Positions 38,931 through 50,611 of a DNA stretch of 64,000 nucleotides are shown here, piece by piece. Every line of letters begins with the position of its first letter. The stretch's first letter is position 1. Source of the stretch: Owenia fusiformis (lineage: Eukaryota); assembly GCA_903813345.2 (NCBI GenBank), contig CAIIXF020000001.1, positions 26,536,001 through 26,600,000 of the forward strand, in the 5' to 3' direction. A model generated the notes under the pieces. That model worked only from the letters and a program-made list of their open reading frames with translations, was not told where the DNA came from and made no database searches. A program made the translations under genes and the position numbers.

Positions 38931-41738
38931 GGCTTCGGAAATTATGGAGGGGGGGGGGGGTATGCGACCCCTCATGATCTAAAGCTTAGAACAGTTTATA
39001 AGCTCTTGTGAGATATTAGAAGCACACTGTGAAATACGATTCATTCTTATTTGCTATGGATTATTTCGTATCCCGGGTTCGTATCCTAGTAAGTATCCTC
39101 AAAAGGATGAAGTGCACTCTCCATTATGATTTCCCTATGAAAAAATGATTCATCTGATTTTTCAAAATAAATATACCACTTATTAGGGTCAATATATTTT
39201 ATTGGAAAAATGTATTATCTCGTAAATGTATAATCTTTTAATGACCTGGATCGATTACAAACTTCATATTTGCACATTTGATGAATATATAAGCGCAAAT
39301 GCCAAAGGGAAACATAAGAAAAGTAGACCCTATATATCCCAAAACCATGATCTAACGTGAAAAGAAACAATGTCTAAAATCCCCCTCCCCCTCCATTCGA
39401 GAACCAATATCACAATCCAGGACCAGTACACCAAGGGACATTTCATTCATACTGAAGTCATTACAATACATGTTGAGGAAAAATTGAAAATATTAATAGC
39501 CAATACTCATAACATCAAAAATAGTTGTAGATACTAGTACTCATAAAAGATAGAGTATTCAGTTTCAAATGATGTGGGATAGATAAAATCCAGTCTCGAG
39601 GAGATATACCAATTGTGTCATCTTGTGAAATTATTTAATTTGCAATCGATTTAGGTCATAGTGTATTTTTGGTATATTTGTGATAATTAATGGGAACCAA
39701 TGGCATCTATTGGGATATGATGATACCCTCCATCATGTTAAGTCAATGAAGGACATCCCATGTCAAGTCAATAACCCTTGCTGAACTAATGACCTCAGCC
39801 CATGTGAGTCCAAAAGCTGAAATATTTTCGTAAGTGTTATTTGACTGTATTCCAGGGGACTGTATTCTTCATGTTACACCTAAAAATGATTCATTCTGAC
39901 CATGGGGGTATTTGCCAATAATTGCAAGTTATGTCCTTTCCCTGTTGACTTAGTAAAGTATGTAATATGCGACACGCTAATTAAATAATACATTTTTGTA
40001 ATTAATTTCAAGTTACTTTTTATCACTTTAATCTAAAATCACTATATTTAGCATTGCTCCCCTACTGTGAATAATGATTATGAACCTTACGGATTTTCAT
40101 ACAAGAACATTTTCATACATTTCATACATAAAAACATTTGAATGAAACATTTTCCCCATATGGACTAATATCTCATATTTATTCTTGTATTGCAGTAGTC
40201 TGTAGGTCCATAAAAAAGTTTCTGTCTTATACTGTTAAGTTCGTGTAAAATTTCAGAAAATTATCTTATTTTTGAACAACTTTTATATTTTGTAAAACTT
40301 ATGAAGCCCTCGTGTGGTGTAATGTAATTAGTTTTGTTTCATTTTATCTTCTTTGTTTCTTGTTATTGTATTTCTTGATGTTGACTAGTACTTATTGACG
40401 TCATTCGATGAATAATTCTATTCTCAAGGTTTTTGGATGTATGACATGAGAAATGATAAGCAAATGTTAAGCAACATTATTAAGTCTCTGGTTCTTTTAC
40501 ATTAATAAATGTCCGCAGAATATTACAAGAAATATGAGAAATATGATATAGAATTGAGCAAAGCACCAGTTTCAAGATACGAGGGCAAAATATGTATGTT
40601 GGTATTTGAAATAAATGATCCTGAAATTTCCCTATTAAATCTTGCTGTCGAAGTATAAAAACATACTTTTAAGTTTATTCCAACTTAGCCTATATGGTCA
40701 TGTCACAGTATTGAAATACTTACAAGCGGATTCTTACACACTTTCTAAATTAAAAAGCTTAACAACTATAAATTATTTGATTGAGCCCTGTGTTGTAAAG
40801 GTTGGTTGCTATGGAAATAGAAGATCTTTGCACATTGTTCATTATTCATTCCAATAGTAGTCACATTACAAATTAAATGGGAATATGATTTACCATCCCA
40901 ACTGATGTCTTCAAAATAATTTTTATGTTATACTCAGAATGTCAATTTAATGTTGATATATATCACAGTGACTTGTTAGCACTTGATACTCGGAACTGCC
41001 GCTAAATTAGAACTGTATTTCAAGAAAGTTGCCAAATGTGTTTTTTATTTTTTAATCGAAAGAAATGTCCATGACAGCTTAGTGCCATTTATTCATGGTT
41101 ACAATGCAGATCATTTAAGTCTCGATCAGATTTGCTCTACGGCGGCCGTACGGTAGTCGATGTTGGAAATCTACGATTAAGTTTAAAGGTTTTTTTTATC
41201 ATATTTTTCTCGATTTTGGTAAGCTACGATCTCGACGCGATACGGTTACCGTAGATCAAATGTGACTGAGGCATAACCAGTCATTTACAAATAATTACGT
41301 TTATCAAGAATGCTATCTACGTGCGTAAACGCAAAGCAATAAACAATTTATATGGTTAGGTGTGTGGAGAGAATAATAAAGAATCCAAACTGAAACTCTC
41401 CTCAGTCCATTAACCATGAGAAAAAGATAAATCAGCATCCCAGTCTCAGTAGACTTAACTTATAACTACGATTGCGTCATTATTGCATAACTTTCTTTGC
41501 ATTTTGCCTGAAAGGCCAACTTATTATCCACAATCTACTATAAAATAGGTTTCTTGAATAAACTTATTAAAGCATGCAGAGCTCCGAGTCAATGACACCA
41601 TAGGTGTAGAAGCGTAAAATAAAAAGTTATGGTAATATATCATTTTACAAAGTAATGCCAACGGCGCTATACAAGAAACAATGAGGATCATTCAAATGGG
41701 AATTATTGATAAACAATATATCACAGTCATACCCTTAC

Positions 41739-41862
41739 CCGTCCTATGAGTATGGGGAAGGCGAGGACAAAAGCTAGAAACCAGATCCCTATTATCACTC
41801 TCCTGGACCTTTGCACTGTACACATGTATTTGGCCTTCATCGGATGTCTTATGGCATAGTAC
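41739..41862 (-). CDS. GPCR exon, ICL2 and TM4 (R|YYAIRHPMKAKYMCTVQRSRRVIIGIWFLAFVLAFPILIGR); not in the ORF track
   Basis: tttcag acceptor at 41863-41864, gtaagg donor at 41733-41738, 124 nt; completes the ERY motif in the correct phase; TM4 Trp and Pro present. Confidence 0.95.
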
Positions 41863-42170
41863 CTGAAAGCATCAAATAACTCAATTTGTATTAAATTGTA
41901 TATATCGTATTTGCCTTTCAGCAGATGTCTAATGGCATAGTACCTGAAAGCATCAAATAACTCAATTTGTATTAAATTGTATATATCGTATTTGCCTTTC
42001 AGCAGATGTCTAATGGCATAGTACCTGAAAGCATCAAATAACTCAATTTGTATTAAATTGTATATATCGTATTTGCCTTTCAGCAGATGTCTAATGGCAT
42101 AGTACCTGAAAGCATCAAATAACTTAATTTGTATTAAATTGTATATATCGTATTTGCCCTTCAGCAGATG
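41843..42170. repeat. 81-bp tandem repeat, about 4 copies, spanning the GPCR exon splice acceptor
   Basis: Plus-strand GTAC|CTGAAAG recurs with the acceptor dinucleotide at 41863, 41944, 42025 and 42106; three units are identical. Confidence 0.97.
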
Positions 42171-42380
42171 ATCCTAAAGGCCGTCCCTAAAACTGCATTT
42201 TGCATTTTGATTCCTCCTGAAAAAATTGATGATAAGCTTGAAACGCAGTGTCTAAGAATTCATTTTGTGGTTGCCTATTTGTTGAGCGGCGCTATATCAT
42301 TTCATTAGCGCAATTCCGACAATTCATTTTATGTTCGCACAGCCAAACCCGATGCTCTAGAAATCAACAATATAATGGAA

Positions 42381-42685
42381 CAAGGAGGATTGGCTCCCAG
42401 AGTGCACCACCGATATTCTGTCCCATATATGGGTATGTCGTAATACAAAATTCGAATTCAAACAGCCGCCATTTTGTTCACTTCAACATTTAAATCGTGA
42501 ATTTTGGTCTTATTTCCAAACGAAAAATTCCAAAACTCACAAGAAATGATCGAGATATTGGTTCGAATCTTTTGAACTGTTTATTTTGAATTTATAGTCG
42601 GTTTTAATTTCAGAAAATAACGACATTTCGACGTTTTCATTGTTGGAAAATATCGAGTTTCGATCCTGGGAGCCAATCCTCCTTG
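42381..42685. mobile_element. 305-bp MITE with 9-bp TSD, Mutator/Merlin-like tentative
   Basis: Perfect 20-bp TIR CAAGGAGGATTGGCTCCCAG; TSD ATAATGGAA at 42372-42380 and 42686-42694. Confidence 0.9.
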
Positions 42686-45319
42686 ATAATGGAAAATGTA
42701 TGTTCATTTGTGAGAGTACTCCATTCAACAATCAGACTATATATAACACGAAAGGAAATATTAAGTCAAGATGAAAGAAACCCCAATTAGACACCCATTG
42801 ATAAGGTGTAGTGAGATAGTAGCTATACGAATCGCAAAAATCAATCCAATCGTTATAATTCCTATAGTTTCTATCTCCATTAATCAAGGCATTTCATATG
42901 TTTGAAAGGAATACACTAATGGAACAGCATGATGTTTTGCACATATGAAGAATTGTTATGCACCCCTTGGTTTTATATGTTTGTACAATGCCTTCCTTTT
43001 TTACCTGAAATTAATCAAGCAGTGTAGCCTGTTTGATTAGATATCTTCTTCTTGTTGTTTATTGCAGTCCTCAGAATTAGGAGAACTCATTCACAAGGAC
43101 GGCTACTTATAAACTTAGCAGTATTGAAACGTCCAAACGTTTCAACCTTGAATAGTTCTCATTACGATTTTTAACACAATTCTCAAAATGAAGGGAATCG
43201 TCTCAGCTTTCCAGGAAGGCAGGCTACATGCATCATGATAAATCATGGCCTTCTCTTAGCTTCACTAGAGTATGCATATTTCTAGTTAAAGAAAGATATG
43301 ATGAGTATCAGAATGGGCTACATGTATGTCCCCTAACCCAAAGGATCGTCGAAGAATTCTCAATTTGAGTGATTTTTTAGATTAAAAAAAAAAATTGGGC
43401 ACCTAAAACCAAAAGTTAATTGTTCAGGAAAGAAACAAGTATTTCATTTAGAATTGTTGCAGATGTATTTATTTACCAATGATTGTTAAGGTAACTCAAT
43501 ATGGGGGAAATAACTGTTACCCAGCCGCTTTCATCGCTCAATGCACCTTATGCACCCTTTATCCATGATGGGATCCTTCGTTCAATATGGTGAACACGGG
43601 CACGTGTCTCTAATGTGTTGAAAACCATTACTGTAACCCAAAGTAATGTCTAATACGATTACACAACTCCCCTATACTCACTCTTCTCTAATCAACAAAA
43701 GGCAATGAACAGCAATCGTTATTCCAAAACTGTTACTGTTTATAACGACGTAATTCCGTAAACAAATTGATTGTCATACTTCATTTTTCACCGTAATTGT
43801 AATCATTTATATTCTCTATGGAAATCTTAAAGAAAACGATTATTTAAAGGTACACCAGACTGTGAACAGGAATGAATCATTTAGTTAATCAAGTTCGACT
43901 ATGCCCCTAGCGATACACGTACAACACTTTATTCTATAACCGATCGAACATCTCTTGAACCACGATGAAATCCTGTAGGCATTTACAGTAGGGAAGAGGA
44001 ATTCTGATACGGATTTACGTTCCTGTCCCATTTCATTCATTAGAAAAGGATGTTGGATAATATATTAAGGTTTACTTGAAATACACCTTGGCTTTAATCT
44101 ATGAGGGAACCTATAATTGATAAAGTTGCTATGTGATTCTGAGAATGATCCATGGGACTTTATTCCAAAGCAGAATTCGGGTATGACTAAACCACACCCC
44201 TTCCCTCCACCAATACATCCATTAACAAAGGAAGATGGACAGCACTCACATATTTCAAAAGCTTTTGGCATTTCACATTATAGTAAATAAAATGGATCGC
44301 CAGAAGAAGGCGAACTTATTTTTTGGGCTCAAAAAGACAATTTTTTGTCTCAAATATTCACAAAATCAAATATCGATAAAGTGTCGATTAACACTTCATT
44401 AGCATAGGACCTAATCTAGGGTTAGACGCAAAACAAAAAAGTCCCTCTAGGGTACTCGGGTTGACATCCTTCTGTGGCATGTGAAAAAGTTTCGATGTTT
44501 TCCCCAGATATGTATTCAATTATGTTTCTCCATGTATTGATTAAGTATGAGCAAATGAGATGTTATGTAAGCGAGTAAGTAATCCACTTTGGGCATTGTA
44601 ACATTGATTGCAGGATGTACTTTACGATTCTGGTTTTCTAATGGATAGTAGTTAGTGCTGAAAATACAATTGAAGCCAATGATAGGAAGTGTTCCCTACA
44701 CAATCACTACTGATTTAATTCCTTCATTAGTCATAATATTGTAATGATGAGATTGCTTTTGGTTGTTCAAAACCTTCATTAAATGCTTCTTCAATATTCG
44801 TGGGCCCAATTTGGTAAAGCATCTTCAAATTAAATCTGTGATTATGAATGACTGCATTGAGATTTCTTTAGCCGGATAAGGATACGTCTTCAAAATGTAA
44901 TTTTTCACAACTCCCGAAGGACGATTAGTCCTGGATCGGTGATGATTGCATCGCTGAAGTGGAAAACAAGGACAGACTTGTGTCAGACGCTCATGACGAT
45001 AATGGGGTAATGCATTGGTCAGAAGCCAAATGTGATAGAAATAGCGTGATTAAAATTAGGTGGTCTTGATTTGATGACATTGACATTAAAGAGTTTAAGC
45101 TTGCATATAAAATCGAAACGCCAATCTATTGAAAGCCCATGGTATGACCAATCGCCCATAAATGCATCGATTAAATATTTTCCGTTCGCTGAGAGCACGT
45201 TTCGAAAAAATGTTAGAAGTTGACAATTTTATGTCTTAAGCGTACTCTCATATTTCAATGTCATATCCTCTTTCTAATAAAAGTTCTGGAACGACCTATG
45301 GCCACTCATCCGGGGATCG

Positions 45320-45457
45320 TAGTGTAGCAACTGAGCCAGATACTGGACACGAAAGGGAATGTGCTAAATTTAACGCCCCGTGCGGAAATCATATCCAGGA
45401 CCTTCCGAAGCTCTACCAGAGCTCTACCCCTAATTAAGCAATAAGGGCTAGCCACTC
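45320..45457 (-). mobile_element. Degenerate tRNA-derived SINE-like copy
   Basis: Minus strand GTGGCTAGCCCTT...GGTAGAGC...AGGTCCTGG...; shares its head with 62907-62948 and its body with 1920-2015. Confidence 0.5.
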
Positions 45458-46076
45458 AAGCTGAGACTCATAGCAACTTGTTATCTAGGGTCATTACAGT
45501 AATTACTAGTATTCTATTTCCGGACGATCCTTTAAATTATAAGGTTGCAAAACAGAAAAGGGGGGCTAAGATAAATTTGGACATTTCCGCATCTTATATA
45601 CCCTCTATTCCATTCATTTAATAAGAGACGATAAGTCTTGTCACATACTGTCACTTTCCTTAATAAATCCTGACAAAGATCCACATTTCCTGATGACGAG
45701 TCGGTGGTGTAGTAAACGATGACCAATTTCAGAATTTATTGATCCCATGGTGACTAGGAAGTGGAAATGGGTGTTGAGATTTATGCAAGAGTTAATGTTT
45801 TGAATCATGATCTATCTTCTCGAATCACAGCTCCATTAGTATCCTCTTATCACTAATGCGGCCTGATTGTTCTCCATGGCCAGTTATGAGGACATCGTTT
45901 CTTTTTCTCTGCTGGAAATGGTTAGCGGTTTATTCAGGATGTGACATGATTGTGTACATGTTGATGATCATTGATGATATGTAATTGTCATGATGTAATA
46001 GGTATGAACGCGTAGATGCGAAAAAAGAAAAGGCCAATAGGTATTTCAAAACAGAGTACAGGTTAGGGTAACAGTA

Positions 46077-47127
46077 CAGACCTGCAAACCTCCCGTTTTT
46101 TATGGGAATCTCCCGTAAAATGTTTGTTCTTCCGTAAAAATATATCATCAGCCCTATGACTCAATAATTTTTGTCATATTGTTTTGTTTTCCAATTACAT
46201 TTAAATAAACCATTCTTAATGTTAAAGATTCACGTAAAAATCGGCGACATCGTTCAAAGCGTGGTGAAAATTATAAAAAGTACTTTTTAGAGTCTGATCG
46301 GTGATAGGACGCCTCAAACACATTTTACGTATGTTTAATCGATTTCTTAATAAAACCTGCTCATTTTTTACAAAAACATTGTATACTAAAAAGTATTGAC
46401 ATTCGGAGGTATAAATCATTTCATAATGTGACAAATTACACTTTATCTGTTGAATTGATTATGTGAATCAATTTTTTTGTGGCGGTTCCATAGTACACAC
46501 GGACAATTTGATAGTTCTTACTCAGCAATCATCTTGATTCAGTTTCAGTTGCTTGCTCAGCAATGGCGGGTATAAAAAGATCACCTCGTTTAGTAAGGTA
46601 AGAATCAAAATATTCATCATCAAAACTCAGAAAATACAGTTTTTCACAAATCTACCACTGAACTACTATCTTTTTATAATAAACTCTCGCAAAACTCCCG
46701 TTTTTTCAAAAAGCTCCCGCTAAACTCCAGCTTTTTAAAAAAAATCCCGCAAAAACTAGTTTTTTTCAAAAAGCTCCCGCTAAAACTCCCGCAAAAATTA
46801 CAGTTTTTTCAAAACCTTATAAAATTTACCGGAAAAAACTGTTTCTTTTTCGGACAATTTTTTGGGGAAAAAGAAACTAGACATAATCCGCAAAATCTTC
46901 CATAAAAACTACCGTTTTATTTCAAATCTACCGTAAAAACTCCCGTTCTTTTCAAAATCTATCGTAAAAACTCCAGTTTTCAGAATCTACCGTAAAAACT
47001 ATCGTTTTTTATAAAAGACTAACGCATAAATTACCCATTAAAAAAAAACTCCTGTAAAAACTCCCGAATTTTAGAAAAATCTCCCGTTAAAATACCGCAA
47101 TTTTTTCATTTTAGGTTGGCAAGTCTG
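46077..47127. mobile_element. hAT-like non-autonomous element with internal AAAACTCCCG-type repeats
   Basis: TIR CAGACCTGCAAACCT / AGGTTGGCAAGTCTG; many degenerate ~30-bp internal units at 46620-47100; TSD not clean. Confidence 0.7.
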
Positions 47128-47986
47128 AGAATACATAAAACAATGCAAAATAGATTAACAAGTCATAAGGACAGCAAATCCCCAATACTCTTAACTGTTA
47201 TCTAACGTACAATAAAACTATGTTTTACTCTCCCCCTGAAATAGTCATTCTTTATGGAAAAGCTTACCGTTTTGATGCTTTTATTTGTATACTTTGTTAA
47301 TAAAGCTAGATGGCCTTGGATCGAATGTCGCCTAAAACTATACATCAGTTCAGCAAGTAAGAGATGAAAGTGATAAATGTATCCAATGATTTAGACACAT
47401 CGATTCGGATTAGTTGTGTCAAAATGGGCACTGACATGTTGCAAAGACAGATTTACAAATTCATTGGCGCGGATTAATATTGTCAGCATCTACATTTCTT
47501 TACCCACAGTCCATTTATCAAACCATGAGATTTCAAGGTATCTTGATAGTCCATAATGAATCCGATTGGTCAAACTTTTTAAATTTTAATCAACATTTGA
47601 AAAAGACAAGATTGGCCAAACCTTGTGTGGGACAAAATTCAAAACTTTGTAAGTATTTTTTTTATCATAAAGCTACACACTTTTGCAAACTCATTCTGAT
47701 ACTCATAATACAGTATATTGTCACTGTTTTGCAACTATCAATATTTCTGGAGTGAGAAGAAAGGAGATAAACTCATTTTCTTGTGGATTCATGCATCCTG
47801 AGATATCAGTTCTGTCTTGTTTCAGTTCCTATCTATACAGGATATTGCTAATTTGAAAACAGATGAGTAATGAGCCTATTAATGACCTTATATTCTCAAA
47901 CATTGATTGGATATATAGCGTTTTGCCCATATATATTTGCCTCGGAATAATCTCAATATCCCGAACCTCATATAGGATAATCTATA

Positions 47987-48775
47987 GAGTGCGTCCCAAA
48001 AAAAACGCAACAAACAAAGACATTGTAAAATCACAAAACCAGTGATGATCATATCAATTTGATTTAATTTACCAGGAAGCCATATGTCTCCTCTTTCCAA
48101 TGGTATGTCAGTTATTCATATACCACTGGATTATCATTCCTTTTGCACAACGGGCCAAAATCTGCTCTGCACAAAGTTTTAGACATTGCAACAGTAAAGA
48201 GTCACCAATGAGGTTGCTGCTCTCCGCCAGAACCCCAGATGATTCAAAGAGGTTTGCAACATGGACACACAGGCCAGTCTCAGTGTGTAGAGAAATAGTG
48301 GTCATGTGAAAGGGCATGGAATGTAATCTTTCATGAGTAATCTTTCATAAGATGACAGACAATGACTGTTTATGCCACTTCTTTTTCCATATGTTTCGTT
48401 AACTGAACCATCAACGATACTGATGACCACTTAAAGTTAAATTTTCTTTTCCTTTTTCTTAGTAAATCTAAATCAGAAACTTGTGTTATGTAAATCTTGT
48501 GACAAGAATTTTATCCCCAGTACCAATTACATAATTGTACAATTACCTGATTGCACAATTAAAGGATTAGTTGATTGGCACAAAGGCCTTTTCACCCATG
48601 TGTGAAAAAAACAATAATTTTTCAGTGGTCCATGATCAGATATGAACAAATGACATATCATTAGAACGGGGAGACATGTGGTCCCATGGTAAACTTAATG
48701 AAATTAATGTAATCATGACTGGTTTTGTGATTTTACAATGTTTTTGCTGTTTGTTGCGTTTTTTGGGACGCACTG
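47987..48775. mobile_element. Tc1/mariner-like MITE
   Basis: TA|GAGTGCGTCCCAAAAAA..CGCAACAAAC ... GTTTGTTGCGTTTTTTGGGACGCACTG|TA; TIRs over 100 bp, imperfect. Confidence 0.8.
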
Positions 48776-50499
48776 TATTTATCTATTCTTGCTATCCGTT
48801 TCTGCTCTATTTTTTGCCAATCCTTTGTTTGTTGATTTCATACGTGTAACCATGGGCATTCAACTAAATTGATATGAAAATGATTTGAACTTACGGACTG
48901 ACAAGCCTGGCATATCACAACAAATCAGATCACCGTGTAGTATCAGACATCCTTACTTTGTCATAGGGTATCTTTCTTCTTTCCAGTTGCAGTTAGCCCG
49001 AAGGTGAATGACGATGAGAGCGTTGGTGAATAGTATTTACAAGGCATTTAGGGAAATAAGGTACTAAATTGAAATTGAAAGCTCTCGAGATAATGACATC
49101 AGCGAAGTGGATTTGATGGAAATGTTCAGATCAGTTCAAAATGACTGTGCCATTTTGAGCTTTTGTGGCGTTTTGAGTAGTGTTATCTAAATTAACAGAA
49201 TCTATGATGTGACAAGGATTTCTTACAGACATGCGACCTTTAATTTCCCCCGACGCTAAGATCCATATATTCAACCAGAAACCAGGAGTTTGACTTCGAA
49301 AACAATATAAAACCATTGATCATATTTTATATGAGATGAAGATGTAAATGGCCGTTTGCGGAGGATTCAGTATTTTTATTAATTTTTTGCCCTTAGCCCT
49401 AATCATGATCCTAAGTATTTTCCATGTAAAAACTATAGGTTAGATAACCAAATCAGCCATATTGGTTAAATTCCTTACAATACCTAAATGGCAGGGAAAT
49501 GTTCATTATGAATACTGTTGGTGCCCTACCCCAAATCTTTGGAGACTTACTATATTAATTCTTTTACCACATATTAGAAGATAATTTTTAGAGGATATAT
49601 CATTTCTTATGATATATCTTGCACTTTACACTGCCAATCTCAAACAGCATCAAACAGCGCTGTTTATGAAACAGTGCTGGACAGCGCTGTAAAAACAGTA
49701 CTGTACATCGCTGTGTACTAAGCTATTCAAAACAGGTCAGGGCCGTCAGATGGGGGGGTGCGATGGGTGCGACCGCACCCCCCTTTGTTACCCCCCAAAA
49801 TAAATTTGAAATTTTGAAAAAAAATTTTGACAAATATTTTTTTGTAATTTTTTTTCATTGACTCATACACTTTGAAAGTACCCAGAAAGCACCAAATAGC
49901 ATCTTAAAATTGTAAAATTTTCTAGGGGTATTGGCCACCCCTCACACCCCCACAAAACAATGGAAAAGTTCTAAATTTATTTTAGTGTTTTGTCTCAGAC
50001 ACTTTTAAAGTGCCCAGACATCATCAAATAGCTCCTTGATATAGTTAGTGTTTCTGGGGGACTTGCTCCCCCTCTTGCATCTTGCACTTGCATAACCCCC
50101 CCCCCCCTGGCGCCCCCCTTGACCTCCCCCCTCTGGCGCCCCCCTCTTGACCCCCCCCCAAAAAAAAATTGTGATTTTCTCAAATTCTTTAATTGACTCA
50201 TACAATTTGAAAATGCCCAGAAAGCACCAAATAGCGTCGTAAAATTGTAAAATTTTCTAGGGGGAGTGGGCCACCCCTCACACCCCAAACAAAACAATGG
50301 AAAAGTTCTGAATTTGTTTTATGTATTGTCTCAGACACTTTTAAAATTCCCCAGACATCATCAAATAGCTCCTTGATAAAGTTAATGATTCTAGAAGACT
50401 AACACTTACTCGCCCTCTGGCATCCCCACTCCACCTCCCCCTCTGGCAGCCCCCCCCCTTAACACCCCTCCCCCAAAAAAAATAAAATTGAGATTTTTC

Positions 50500-50533
<34 letters not shown>

Positions 50534-50611
50534 TAATCAAACATAAAATGTATACATATAGGTGAAATATTATACAAGTCACTCCATTACCCATTCATTC
50601 ACATTCTCCAC

